Shown here piece by piece: positions 49,764 through 58,603 of a stretch of DNA of 64,000 nt (position 1 is its first letter; each line of letters opens with the position of its first letter). The notes beneath the pieces are model-generated. The model was given only the letters and a program-made list of their open reading frames with translations. It made no database searches and had not been told where the DNA came from. The translations under genes and the position numbers were made by a program. Source of the DNA: an uncultured Burkholderiales bacterium (GTDB taxonomy: Bacteria > Actinomycetota > Acidimicrobiia > IMCC26256 > JAGPDB01); assembly GCA_964391505.1 (NCBI GenBank), contig CAYMMG010000004.1, positions 2,920-66,919 of the forward strand. Direction: 5' to 3'.

Positions 49764-50213
49764 ATGCATCGCGCGCGAAATCTCATTGTTCTGATGAGCG
49801 GTTGTTTTACCCTTGTAATAAGTTGTTTTTTAGCATGGAGCCACTCGCCACGGTATTCGCTCTTCACGATTGCAGATTATGCCGGAGGCTACGGCCGCTA
49901 CATTGATCAAGCACGAATTCTCGCGATTGCAGCTTTTCTTGTCCCGATCGGAGCCTGTGTCACCTTAATAAGCGTTCCTTTTAGACGCGTGTGTCGAATT
50001 ATGACAGTGGCTCTAGGTCTTTATTCACTTACTTTCGCTATCAGCGCTCTGTTTATTGTCCATGGGATTTCTACTAGTTTTCCCACACCTTCCCAAACTC
50101 CCGGCACATATGTCTGTGTTTTGGCGTCGAGTCTTTTACTTGGCGTTGGAATATTTAGTCGTGCACAACCAACAACCATTCCAGCAGTGCAACATAAAAT
50201 GAGGACACCATGA
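49764..50213 (+). CDS. Hypothetical membrane protein
   Basis: About four hydrophobic segments; ATGA overlap with next gene. Confidence 0.6.
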   Translation: MHRARNLIVLMSGCFTLVISCFLAWSHSPRYSLFTIADYAGGYGRYIDQARILAIAAFLVPIGACVTLISVPFRRVCRIMTVALGLYSLTFAISALFIVHGISTSFPTPSQTPGTYVCVLASSLLLGVGIFSRAQPTTIPAVQHKMRTP

Positions 50214-52015
50214 CAAACGATAACGACACCAACTCCATCGTTCCCGATAATCCCGATTCAACATCGGAAAATCAGCAGACCGTGGTGCCAGAATCAGAGA
50301 CTGAGTCGCAGGCGAGCAATTTAACGCCTACAGATTCACAAGTTACGATGACCACGACCTCGCCGCCAAAGAAAATTGGAATGGGAACAAAAATCATTCT
50401 TACGTTGATCGTTTTTATCGGGATTACGGGTCTATGTATTGTCGGTGCTTTCGCTTATAAAGCATTTACTGGCAATTCGACCGGTGCAAGTTCTCCGGAA
50501 GGTGTTATTAAAAATGGTTTGTCTGCTTTAAAGTCACACGACCTCATTGGACTTGCCCGACAAGCTGATCCCAATGAATTTGAACCATTTATCGAAAACT
50601 ATTCGATCTTTACTCGTTCGCTAAAAAAAGAAGGGGAAATCCTTGATGAGAAAAAACCTCTTGAGGCCTATGACTTTTCTGTTGAAGATTTAGAAACGAA
50701 AACTGTCATGTACTCTGATCACGTAGCTCGTGTTGAATTACTCGATGGAATAATTACACAGAGAACGGATAAAGCAAAACTTCCCAAAGAAAGCCGGGAA
50801 GGGGTCAAGAGATCAGAGACATATGATATTGCTGATGCAAACGATGCTTGGCAAGATGGAACCGGAGGTGACTTCTTTTCTTTGTACGGAGTCGATTCTG
50901 ACAAGTTTAATAATGAAAAACTTGAATCGGAACATATTTTTTATATTGCCGTGAAGCGTGATGGGAGATGGTACGCATCATCTCTCTATACCGCTGCGGA
51001 GTATGCACGCATAGTTGGCAATGCTTACGGTGGAGACTACGGACGTCCTTCTTTCGATGTGAACGAAAGGGTAGGCGATGGTTCGTCTACCTCAGAACTT
51101 GCCACGAAGAAATTCATTGAAAGCTTCGTAAGTTTGGATACAGAAAGATTTATTGACTCAACGGCACCCGATCGTTTCTCCATTGTTCACGACTATAAGA
51201 AGCTGCTCCTTAAAGCAAATAAGCGTAACGAAGAGCAAGCTGTTGTGAAAATTCTTCGCGACGCAGTAACTGTTACCGACATCGAGACACAAAGCACAAA
51301 AGAGGGAAAGAACCGCGAGTTTGTTACCGTGAAATCCATCGACCTCAAAATCAAATATTCAATCGACGTAAAAGAAAAGGATAAGAAAAATTACACTTTC
51401 ATTCCTTATGAAGCAAGCATTAATGCTTCATGGGACGGGAAATGTTTTGAATACTCCGGCACTTATGAAGTGTATGAGGGCACAGCACAATATTTTTCTA
51501 CTGTTACATTCCCCATTGTGGATTCGGATGGAACAATCTATTTGAGAAGTGATTTCGACGAGGAATATCCCGAGGCGTACAACTTGAATTTCCCAGTAAG
51601 AGATTCGGCCGGACGCATTTACCCTAAATCTTCAGCCCTTACCGATTCAAGCGTCTATCATCCTTTGCCGTGGCTCGGCAAAGATAAGTCGGTTGTATAC
51701 GATACTACTGGCAATGATGTGAGTACCTTCGATTACGAAGATGAAGATTACGACGGTAATTACCCTTACACGGATGCGTTAGGTTCAAAAGTGACGGACA
51801 AGTACGGAAGCCCGATTGAAAATGATAAAAAGTACACATACAGAATTCATCGAGAAAATCTTGATGATAAACAATGTTATTCAGATAAGGATCTGAGTGA
51901 ACTTCCTGAATTTGGCGTGACGACCATCAAGGAAAATGGAAAATATTACGTTACTCCGATCGACACATTCTGGCACTACATCATCTGGGCCATCGACAAA
52001 GACGACAAAAACTAA
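50210..52015 (+). CDS. Hypothetical single-pass membrane protein with large extracytoplasmic domain
   Basis: Disordered N-terminus, TM, GASSPE motif, 601-aa ORF. Confidence 0.75.
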   Translation: MTNDNDTNSIVPDNPDSTSENQQTVVPESETESQASNLTPTDSQVTMTTTSPPKKIGMGTKIILTLIVFIGITGLCIVGAFAYKAFTGNSTGASSPEGVIKNGLSALKSHDLIGLARQADPNEFEPFIENYSIFTRSLKKEGEILDEKKPLEAYDFSVEDLETKTVMYSDHVARVELLDGIITQRTDKAKLPKESREGVKRSETYDIADANDAWQDGTGGDFFSLYGVDSDKFNNEKLESEHIFYIAVKRDGRWYASSLYTAAEYARIVGNAYGGDYGRPSFDVNERVGDGSSTSELATKKFIESFVSLDTERFIDSTAPDRFSIVHDYKKLLLKANKRNEEQAVVKILRDAVTVTDIETQSTKEGKNREFVTVKSIDLKIKYSIDVKEKDKKNYTFIPYEASINASWDGKCFEYSGTYEVYEGTAQYFSTVTFPIVDSDGTIYLRSDFDEEYPEAYNLNFPVRDSAGRIYPKSSALTDSSVYHPLPWLGKDKSVVYDTTGNDVSTFDYEDEDYDGNYPYTDALGSKVTDKYGSPIENDKKYTYRIHRENLDDKQCYSDKDLSELPEFGVTTIKENGKYYVTPIDTFWHYIIWAIDKDDKN

Positions 52016-52024
52016 CTCTTTCTT

Positions 52025-52073
52025 GCGTTGGAGGGTTTAGGGTGCGCATACCGGACCCTAAACCCTCCAACGC
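52025..52073. terminator. 19-bp perfect stem-loop after 50210..52015
   Basis: GCGTTGGAGGGTTTAGGGT/ACCCTAAACCCTCCAACGC about 10 nt after the stop; no U-tract, so it may be a repeat unit instead. Confidence 0.55.
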
Positions 52074-52120
52074 GAGGAAAATGGAGCGACATGCATTTGC
52101 CAATGTCGTATTCTTTATAG

Positions 52121-52687
52121 ATGCCTACAAAGATCTCTCATCTTCCCGATGAAATAATTATTGACGATGAACTAACACTACGTGTTAAAACTGTGAATTC
52201 CTTGGATGAATTTTCTCGCATCGTTGTAGATAACCGTGATCATCTTTCCGCATGGTTACCCTGGGCGGAAAACGCTCCAGATGAAAGCTCTGTCGCACAC
52301 TACAGCGAGTCGGTAGCGCGAAAAGAAAATGATGAGGAAGTAAATTGGGATATCTTTTTTGGCGGATTACTCTGCGGCGCAATCGGTCTCATGAAACGCG
52401 AAGAAACAAAAACGATTCTGGAAATCGGCTATTGGTTGGCACAGGAATTTAATGGTCGCGGGATCATGACACGATGCGTCAATGCTCTAGTTGACGTTAC
52501 GTTTGAACAAACCGATACACCCGCTATTGAAATCGGATGCGATAAAGCGAACCTTCCTAGCGCATCCGTAGCTCTACGGGCGGGCTTTACCTATCATCGC
52601 GATAAAGAGCGCGCACCAGTTGCGCGTTGCGAGACAGATTTCGGTCACTACTTTCGTCTGACGCGTGAAGAATGGCTTACCCGATAA
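52121..52687 (+). CDS. GNAT acetyltransferase, RimJ/RimL family
   Basis: HLSAWLPW, EIGYWL, GRGIMT, NLPS..VA.RAGF. Confidence 0.88.
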   Translation: MPTKISHLPDEIIIDDELTLRVKTVNSLDEFSRIVVDNRDHLSAWLPWAENAPDESSVAHYSESVARKENDEEVNWDIFFGGLLCGAIGLMKREETKTILEIGYWLAQEFNGRGIMTRCVNALVDVTFEQTDTPAIEIGCDKANLPSASVALRAGFTYHRDKERAPVARCETDFGHYFRLTREEWLTR

Positions 52688-52723
52688 AAAATTGAGCATT
52701 GGGAAATAAGGACTGTCCTTATC

Positions 52724-53701
52724 TCAATCGAGAAGGGGTGCTACTTCTTTAGCCAAGTAGGTGAGGATGAGATCTGCACCGGCACGCTTCATAGCTGTGA
52801 GGTGTTCGAGCGCCACTGCGTCTCCATCAATCCATCCATTTGCCGCCGCAGCTTTGAGCATCGCATATTCACCACTGACGTGATACGCAGCAATGGGTTG
52901 AGGAAACATGTCGTGAATAGATTTGATGATATCCAAATATGCGAGTGCAGGTTTGACCATGACGATGTCTGCACCTTCACAGACATCAAGTTCTACTTCC
53001 AACAAAGCTTCGCGAGCATTTTTGGGATCCATCTGGTAGCTGCGACGGTCTCCGTAACTTGGTGCGCATTCTGCAGCATCACGAAACGGGCCATATTCCG
53101 CAGACGCATACTTAGCTGAATACGCCATGATAGGGATATCAGTAAAACCATTTTGGTCGAGTGCGTGTCGGATTGCGCCCACTTGACCATCCATCATTCC
53201 GCTTGGCGCAATAATGTCGGAACCAGCACTTGCCTGCGCAATAGCAATGGATGCATAGCGTTCAAGAGTCGCATCATTATCAACTGTTCCATTGTCACGA
53301 ACTATTCCGCAGTGGCCGTGATCAGTATATTCATCCATACAGTCATCGGTAATCACAACAAGATTGTCGCCGTGATCATTTTTTAATTCCGCAATAGCAA
53401 GCTGCACAATTCCTTGGGGGTCGTCACCACCTGAACCTCTTGCATCTTTGTGCGCTGGAATTCCGAAAAGGATGACACTCGTTACTCCGACGTTGACGAG
53501 ATCATTGACTTCTTTACGTAATGTTGCCAATGTGTGTTGCTCTACACCCGGCATCGATACAATGGGTTGGGCATCCGTAATTCCTTCTTTGATAAATAAA
53601 GGTGCGATGAGATCGTGCGGAGTAACCGTTGTCTCAGCAACTAGATTTCGAATCGCGGGCGTGCTGCGCAGCCGTCGAGGTCGATGTGTAGGAAATGCCA
53701 T
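52724..53701 (-). CDS. hemB: Porphobilinogen synthase
   Basis: RPRRLR, EYTDHGHCG, APSGMMDG, YSAKYAS, MVKPALAYLD. Confidence 0.97.
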   Translation of the reverse strand: MAFPTHRPRRLRSTPAIRNLVAETTVTPHDLIAPLFIKEGITDAQPIVSMPGVEQHTLATLRKEVNDLVNVGVTSVILFGIPAHKDARGSGGDDPQGIVQLAIAELKNDHGDNLVVITDDCMDEYTDHGHCGIVRDNGTVDNDATLERYASIAIAQASAGSDIIAPSGMMDGQVGAIRHALDQNGFTDIPIMAYSAKYASAEYGPFRDAAECAPSYGDRRSYQMDPKNAREALLEVELDVCEGADIVMVKPALAYLDIIKSIHDMFPQPIAAYHVSGEYAMLKAAAANGWIDGDAVALEHLTAMKRAGADLILTYLAKEVAPLLD

Positions 53702-53849
53702 ACCTATAAGGCTACGCGTTTATGTGCGATTAGGGCAAAAGCCGACTTTGTTTACTAATTCTGGAATCAAGGTGCATAGGCATTTTTACATACCGCAATA
53801 CTCAGCACTAGATTACGTGGCACACAAAAGTACAAAGGATTGATGACAC

Positions 53850-54449
53850 ATGGGTACAAGCACTCCTATCGCTCGACCACAAAAAGAGAACGGAATCGAT
53901 ATACTTCAACGTCTCCTGGAACGACACCCTGGCCGCGCAACAAAGCTTCTTTTCAAAGCAAGAGAGGGTTTCGAATATTCCCAAATTGCGCTATCAGCTG
54001 ATGAAATCGATCAATACACACGACTTATTGTCGGTGACTTCATCCATACATGGGACGGTTATTGGCCACCATATCTCATTAAAGTAACGGATGACTTAAC
54101 AATCCATACCAATTCGATGACTTCCCTTGGATATTTACGCACAGTTGGGGGACGACTCTCTATTAGCGGAACAAACGTTGCCAACTTAGGTGATCTTGAA
54201 ACTGCTGGTTCTCTGGATGTAAGGGCTTCGCCACTTACGAGCTGGGGATCAATCAAAAGTGTGGGTGATATCCATCTCAGTCCAGGACAAACAGAACTCA
54301 TCGATGATTTTGCAGGTTCAGAGATGAGAATTTGGGGAAAAGTTTATGTCGACGATCAAGAACTACTTCTCCTCAGAGGTCGAGATGGGCTGATTGAAGG
54401 ACCTGGACCGCTCCGCACTCCGCAAGGACGTGCTCCTTTAGAACGATAA
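53850..54449 (+). CDS. Hypothetical protein with short LRR-like repeats
   Basis: LGYLRTVGGRLSI / LGDLETAGSLDV / WGSIKSVGDIHL repeats about 21-22 aa apart. Confidence 0.6.
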   Translation: MGTSTPIARPQKENGIDILQRLLERHPGRATKLLFKAREGFEYSQIALSADEIDQYTRLIVGDFIHTWDGYWPPYLIKVTDDLTIHTNSMTSLGYLRTVGGRLSISGTNVANLGDLETAGSLDVRASPLTSWGSIKSVGDIHLSPGQTELIDDFAGSEMRIWGKVYVDDQELLLLRGRDGLIEGPGPLRTPQGRAPLER

Positions 54450-54452
54450 CGA

Positions 54453-55058
54453 TTACTTCACGCAGCGCAAGACACGAAAACCTTTTTTTGAAGCGACACG
54501 ATGAACCTTAAGACCGCATTCTGATTCCAAATAAGCAGCAGTGGAATCCGATCCAAGATTCTTTGCGATCACAAGCCACATCTGCCCATCAGCGTTCAGG
54601 CGTGTCGACCATCCACGCAACAATTCATAAAGCGCGTCTTTACCGATGCGAATCGGTGGATTGGAAATAATCAGGTCTACCATGATGGTGTCGTCCACTT
54701 CCGCTGGCGACATGATGCGTATGCGATCACCACCGATATTCTTTCGACAATTCTTGATAGCCAAATCTCGCGCTCGCTGATTTGTTTCCACACCAATAAT
54801 CTGAGCTTGCGGAAATTGATCTGCCACAACGCAGGTGATCGGGCCATATCCGCACCCCACATCAATAATTAATTCCGGTTGAGAACCGTAATATTTTTCC
54901 GACAACACATCGAGGAGAATACGTGTTGCTTTGTCGATCCTCTCGAAAGAAAACACGCCGCGATCGGTTTCGAAAACGTAATCGATTTCTTTAAACGTAA
55001 ATAAAACCGTCTTAGGATCTGATGGAACATCCGGGCTTTCATCAAAATACTGGTTCAT
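54453..55058 (-). CDS. Class I SAM methyltransferase (RsmC/MTS-like)
   Basis: GVFS..RID, DVGCGYGP, SNPPIRIGK. Confidence 0.88.
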   Translation of the reverse strand: MNQYFDESPDVPSDPKTVLFTFKEIDYVFETDRGVFSFERIDKATRILLDVLSEKYYGSQPELIIDVGCGYGPITCVVADQFPQAQIIGVETNQRARDLAIKNCRKNIGGDRIRIMSPAEVDDTIMVDLIISNPPIRIGKDALYELLRGWSTRLNADGQMWLVIAKNLGSDSTAAYLESECGLKVHRVASKKGFRVLRCVK

Positions 55059-56512
55059 GTGCCGTTTGTAACTTTCACAACCGCATCTACGATTCCCTCA
55101 ATGGTATGAGGATCTGCTTCTCGGGTCACTTCCAAATCATTTTCTTTCATTGTTCTCGAAGTAATGGGACCGATCGAGACTTTAACAGGAATGGAAGAAA
55201 TAACATCGTGACCAAATAGGTGCAATGCATTGGTAACGGTCGATGAACTCGCAAACGTAATGATGTCAGCATGGCGAACTTCCTCAATGGTTGCTTGTGA
55301 TACCTCCGCAATACGCGTTTTGTACACATCCACATTTTCTACGTTATATCCTTTGGAAGTTAAATCTTTTTCAATAACATCTCGCGCATCAGTTGCTTTA
55401 AAACACACAACTTTCTCGACACCACTGGATACAGGAAAGAGTTCAACGAGATCTTCGGCCATAAAACGAGTCGGTACAATGTCGGCAATCAGACCGTATG
55501 TTTTGAGAGCATCTGCAGTAGCGCTCCCCATTGCTGCTATCGAAGAATGTGCAAAATATCGCGTATCAATGCTCTCTTTCATCAAATGCTTCATTGTGAT
55601 GTGAACACCATTGGCAGATGTAAAAATAACATATGACACATCGGTGAGATCAGGAATTCCGAAGTCAATCGAGTCGATCTCAATTGTAGGTGCCTCGATC
55701 ACCCCTGCTCCAAGTTCAGCTAACAGGGAAGTAATCCGACTTTGTTGTTCGCGCGCGCGCGTCACCACAACTTTTTTTCCGAATAGATCCTTTTTTTCAA
55801 ACCATGAAAGATCCATTTCGGCGACGTCACCGATCACCATGACACTTGGCGATTTCGCCTCGACTGTGCCGAGTTCAGACAATTTGGTTCGCACTGTGTC
55901 TTGAACAGGAAGAGTTCCGTTTCGAACAATCGCGACCGAGGTATTAGGTTTTTTACCGCCTGCAATCAAGGCTTTTGCTATAGCTGCTCGATTTCCTACT
56001 CCCATAAGCACAACAATCGTGCCTTCAATCTTTGCAAGGTCGGCCCATTTCACTTGTTCAGAATCCTTCGTCGGATCCTCATGACCAGTTACCACAGTAA
56101 AGTTCGTTGCAATGCCACGATGAGTAATGGGGATACCCGCATAAGCCGCGGCGGAAATTGCAGACGTGATCCCGGGTACTATTTCGAAATCAATACCGTG
56201 ATCGATGAGATACTGAGCTTCTTCTCCCCCGCGACCAAACACAAAAGGGTCTCCCCCTTTAAGACGAACAACGCACTGATGATTCTGACTAAGTTCGACT
56301 AGCTTCGCATTAATCTCATCCTGCGTAAGATCAACTGATCCCGGTCCCTTACCAGCAGAAACACGAATTGCAGAAGACGGAACATAATCCAACAATTGCA
56401 CATTGGCAAGTCGATCGTATACGACCGCATCAGCACTTCGAAGCAACTCCGCTCCACGAACAGTAATCAGGCCAGGATCACCGGGACCAGCCCCCACTAG
56501 ATAAACAGTCAT
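55055..56512 (-). CDS. cobA: Uroporphyrinogen-III C-methyltransferase/synthase fusion (CobA-HemD)
   Basis: GAGPGDPGLIT, RLKGGDPFVFGRGGEE; HemD half VVVTRAREQ, FTSANGV, FASSSTV. Confidence 0.93.
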   Translation of the reverse strand: MTVYLVGAGPGDPGLITVRGAELLRSADAVVYDRLANVQLLDYVPSSAIRVSAGKGPGSVDLTQDEINAKLVELSQNHQCVVRLKGGDPFVFGRGGEEAQYLIDHGIDFEIVPGITSAISAAAYAGIPITHRGIATNFTVVTGHEDPTKDSEQVKWADLAKIEGTIVVLMGVGNRAAIAKALIAGGKKPNTSVAIVRNGTLPVQDTVRTKLSELGTVEAKSPSVMVIGDVAEMDLSWFEKKDLFGKKVVVTRAREQQSRITSLLAELGAGVIEAPTIEIDSIDFGIPDLTDVSYVIFTSANGVHITMKHLMKESIDTRYFAHSSIAAMGSATADALKTYGLIADIVPTRFMAEDLVELFPVSSGVEKVVCFKATDARDVIEKDLTSKGYNVENVDVYKTRIAEVSQATIEEVRHADIITFASSSTVTNALHLFGHDVISSIPVKVSIGPITSRTMKENDLEVTREADPHTIEGIVDAVVKVTNGT

Positions 56513-57397
56513 CTACGACACCATTTCCATAATCTCTGCCCCACCCTTATTATCTAAAATCTCACGCGCAACATCACGACCGAGGGCAACAGGATCGTCT
56601 CCTCGCTGTTCCACACGAGCAATCTGTCGTCCACGAGGTTCTGACAAAAGGGCACGTAACCATAGTATTTTCGAATCAATCGGGGTTGCGAATGCACCAC
56701 ACGGAATTGAACAACCGCCTCCCAATGTCTCGAGAAATGACCGTTCTGCGATAACACATCGATACGCGTCGGAATTATTGATAGCACTTAACAACTCTTT
56801 CATGGCTTCATCATCAGATCTCGTTTCGACAGCCAAGGCCCCTTGTCCCACTTGAGGAAGCATGACATGTAATGGCAAAGTTTCAGTTATTCGAGCTTCG
56901 CGTCCCAAGCGCTGCAAAGCGGCTGCACTAAGAACTATTGCGTCGAAATCAGATGCCTTATCAAGACGAGTGTCGATGTTTCCTCTCAATTCTTTGAATT
57001 GAAGATCGGGACGAATGGCAGCAAGTTGCGCGCGTCGGCGTTGCGCTCCCGTACCGACAACTGCACCGTAGGGCAAATCATCAAGCATCGATCCGATAAG
57101 CACATCGCGCACATCCCCTCGAACAGGAACACAGACAAGCTCGAGTCCTTCTGGAGTTTGGGAGGGAAGATCCTTCGCACTATGAACAGCAATATCAGCT
57201 TCGCCGTTAAGTACTGCAATTTGAATTTCTTTCGCAAACGCACCAACGCCACCAAGTTCAGAAATGCTCATTTCTTTATGGGTATCGCCTGTTGTGGCGA
57301 CCTCAATAATCTCATACTCACAACCGAGCATGGTGCCCACAGTATTTGCTTGCCACAGCGCAAGTGCAGAACTACGTGATGCAATACGAAGAGCCAT
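56513..57397 (-). CDS. hemC: Hydroxymethylbilane synthase; start reassigned to MALRIASR
   Basis: RSSALALWQ, AVHSAKDLP, RGNIDTRL, GQGAL, GGGCSIP. Confidence 0.96.
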   Translation of the reverse strand: MALRIASRSSALALWQANTVGTMLGCEYEIIEVATTGDTHKEMSISELGGVGAFAKEIQIAVLNGEADIAVHSAKDLPSQTPEGLELVCVPVRGDVRDVLIGSMLDDLPYGAVVGTGAQRRRAQLAAIRPDLQFKELRGNIDTRLDKASDFDAIVLSAAALQRLGREARITETLPLHVMLPQVGQGALAVETRSDDEAMKELLSAINNSDAYRCVIAERSFLETLGGGCSIPCGAFATPIDSKILWLRALLSEPRGRQIARVEQRGDDPVALGRDVAREILDNKGGAEIMEMVS

Positions 57398-57407
57398 GCG
57401 ACTCAAT

Positions 57408-58115
57408 CTATTGATCCGTTGCCACAAGAGTGGCAGGAGAAGCCTCAGTTGCTTTTATTGCTTCTCTCACAAATTGCGCAATAAATTCACGTACTTCTTC
57501 AAGTTTATCGTCCCGCACCATCTGGACAACAGAAAAATCAAATGCTGGATCCCAATCGATATCCTCGCTCGAAAAACCCAGCGAACGAATGCGCTCCCGT
57601 TCATCGTTCACAAGACTAATAAGAATTCCATACTCTGGACCAAGGCGTCCCTGAAGATATTTTCGAATCCACTTTGCAAACGCAGGAGATTTACCTGCGG
57701 TCGAAATTGCAATCGTTACATCACCTTGCCGAACCGTGGACATCAAAATAGATGAACAGTTCACAGGATCATCAGCACTGTTAACAAAAATATTACGTGC
57801 TTCACCGGCCAGGAAAACTGCCCGGTTCACCTCAGCATTCTCTGTCGCTGTCATCACAAAAAATGCATCTTCTATATCATTCTCTTGGAATTCTCGTTGG
57901 TGCCAATCAAGCGCATTCGTTCGTGCAAGTTGTTGAACATGCTCGGTGGCTTCGGGCGCAATCACAGTGATGTTCTTTGCTCCTCCCGCGATAAGTCCAT
58001 CGATTTTACGAGATGCAATCTTGCCCGCTCCGATCACAACCACCTTACGCTCTCCTAAGAGCAAAACAAGTGGGAAACCATGGAGATCAGGCCGTTGCGA
58101 TTGGGAAGATGTCAC
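57408..58115 (-). CDS. Precorrin-2 dehydrogenase/ferrochelatase (SirC/CysG N-terminal type)
   Basis: VIGAGKIASRK, FVNSADDP, AISTAGKSP. Confidence 0.9.
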   Translation of the reverse strand: MTSSQSQRPDLHGFPLVLLLGERKVVVIGAGKIASRKIDGLIAGGAKNITVIAPEATEHVQQLARTNALDWHQREFQENDIEDAFFVMTATENAEVNRAVFLAGEARNIFVNSADDPVNCSSILMSTVRQGDVTIAISTAGKSPAFAKWIRKYLQGRLGPEYGILISLVNDERERIRSLGFSSEDIDWDPAFDFSVVQMVRDDKLEEVREFIAQFVREAIKATEASPATLVATDQ

Positions 58116-58166
58116 ACCGTACAGGCTATCTAATCGGGAGACAACTGAACGAACTGCTGGGGCTAG

Positions 58167-58292
58167 TAGTTAGGGTCTGATCTTGGAAAAGTAAGGAAAG
58201 TGACCTACAAAGGTCACAAAGTTTTCCAAGGTCGGACCCTCCCCTAGAGTAGCGAAGCAGCAGCAGTTCGTTCAGTTGTCTCGTGTCTTGCG
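58167..58292 (-). repeat. ~125-bp structured repeat, copy B (extra inverted partial arm at about 58138-58159)
   Basis: Reverse complement matches 48224..48347. Confidence 0.9.
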
Positions 58293-58318
58293 ATAAATGT
58301 TTCTGGAAGAGCAAACCT

Positions 58319-58577
58319 GAGATCCTTCGCTGCGCTCAGGATTGTAGATGTCACGTTATTCGGTGTCGGTTTTCATAGTGTTGGAGTGCCAAACGCTCAC
58401 TATGTGAGTCTCAATCGACAAGACACTCGATCATTGCATAACCACCACCACCGTTTAGTCAATTAAGACTCACCACATAAGTCTTTGACGCTCCAACACT
58501 ATACCGTGATCCTTGGGCCTATTCCGCCACAAAACCCGAATTCTGTCACCGAAAAACGTGACATCTACAAGGATGAC
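58319..58577. repeat. REP-like unit GAGATCCTTCGCTGCGCTCAGGATGAC split by a MITE insertion
   Basis: Removing 58343..58569 and one AGGAT restores the 27-bp unit resembling 9504..9530. Confidence 0.8.
58343..58569. mobile_element. 227-bp non-autonomous MITE with TGT...ACA ends and 5-bp target-site duplication
   Basis: Terminal IRs TGTAGATGTCACGTT(A/T)TTCGGTG; AGGAT at 58338-58342 and 58570-58574; internal fold-back arms. Confidence 0.88.
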
Positions 58578-58603
58578 GAGGGGAACACTCAGGATGACGG
58601 AAA

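Noticed and set aside
48190..58600. CRISPR array interpretation of the repeats
   Set aside because: Copies are dispersed and inverted, not regularly spaced direct repeats; no cas genes
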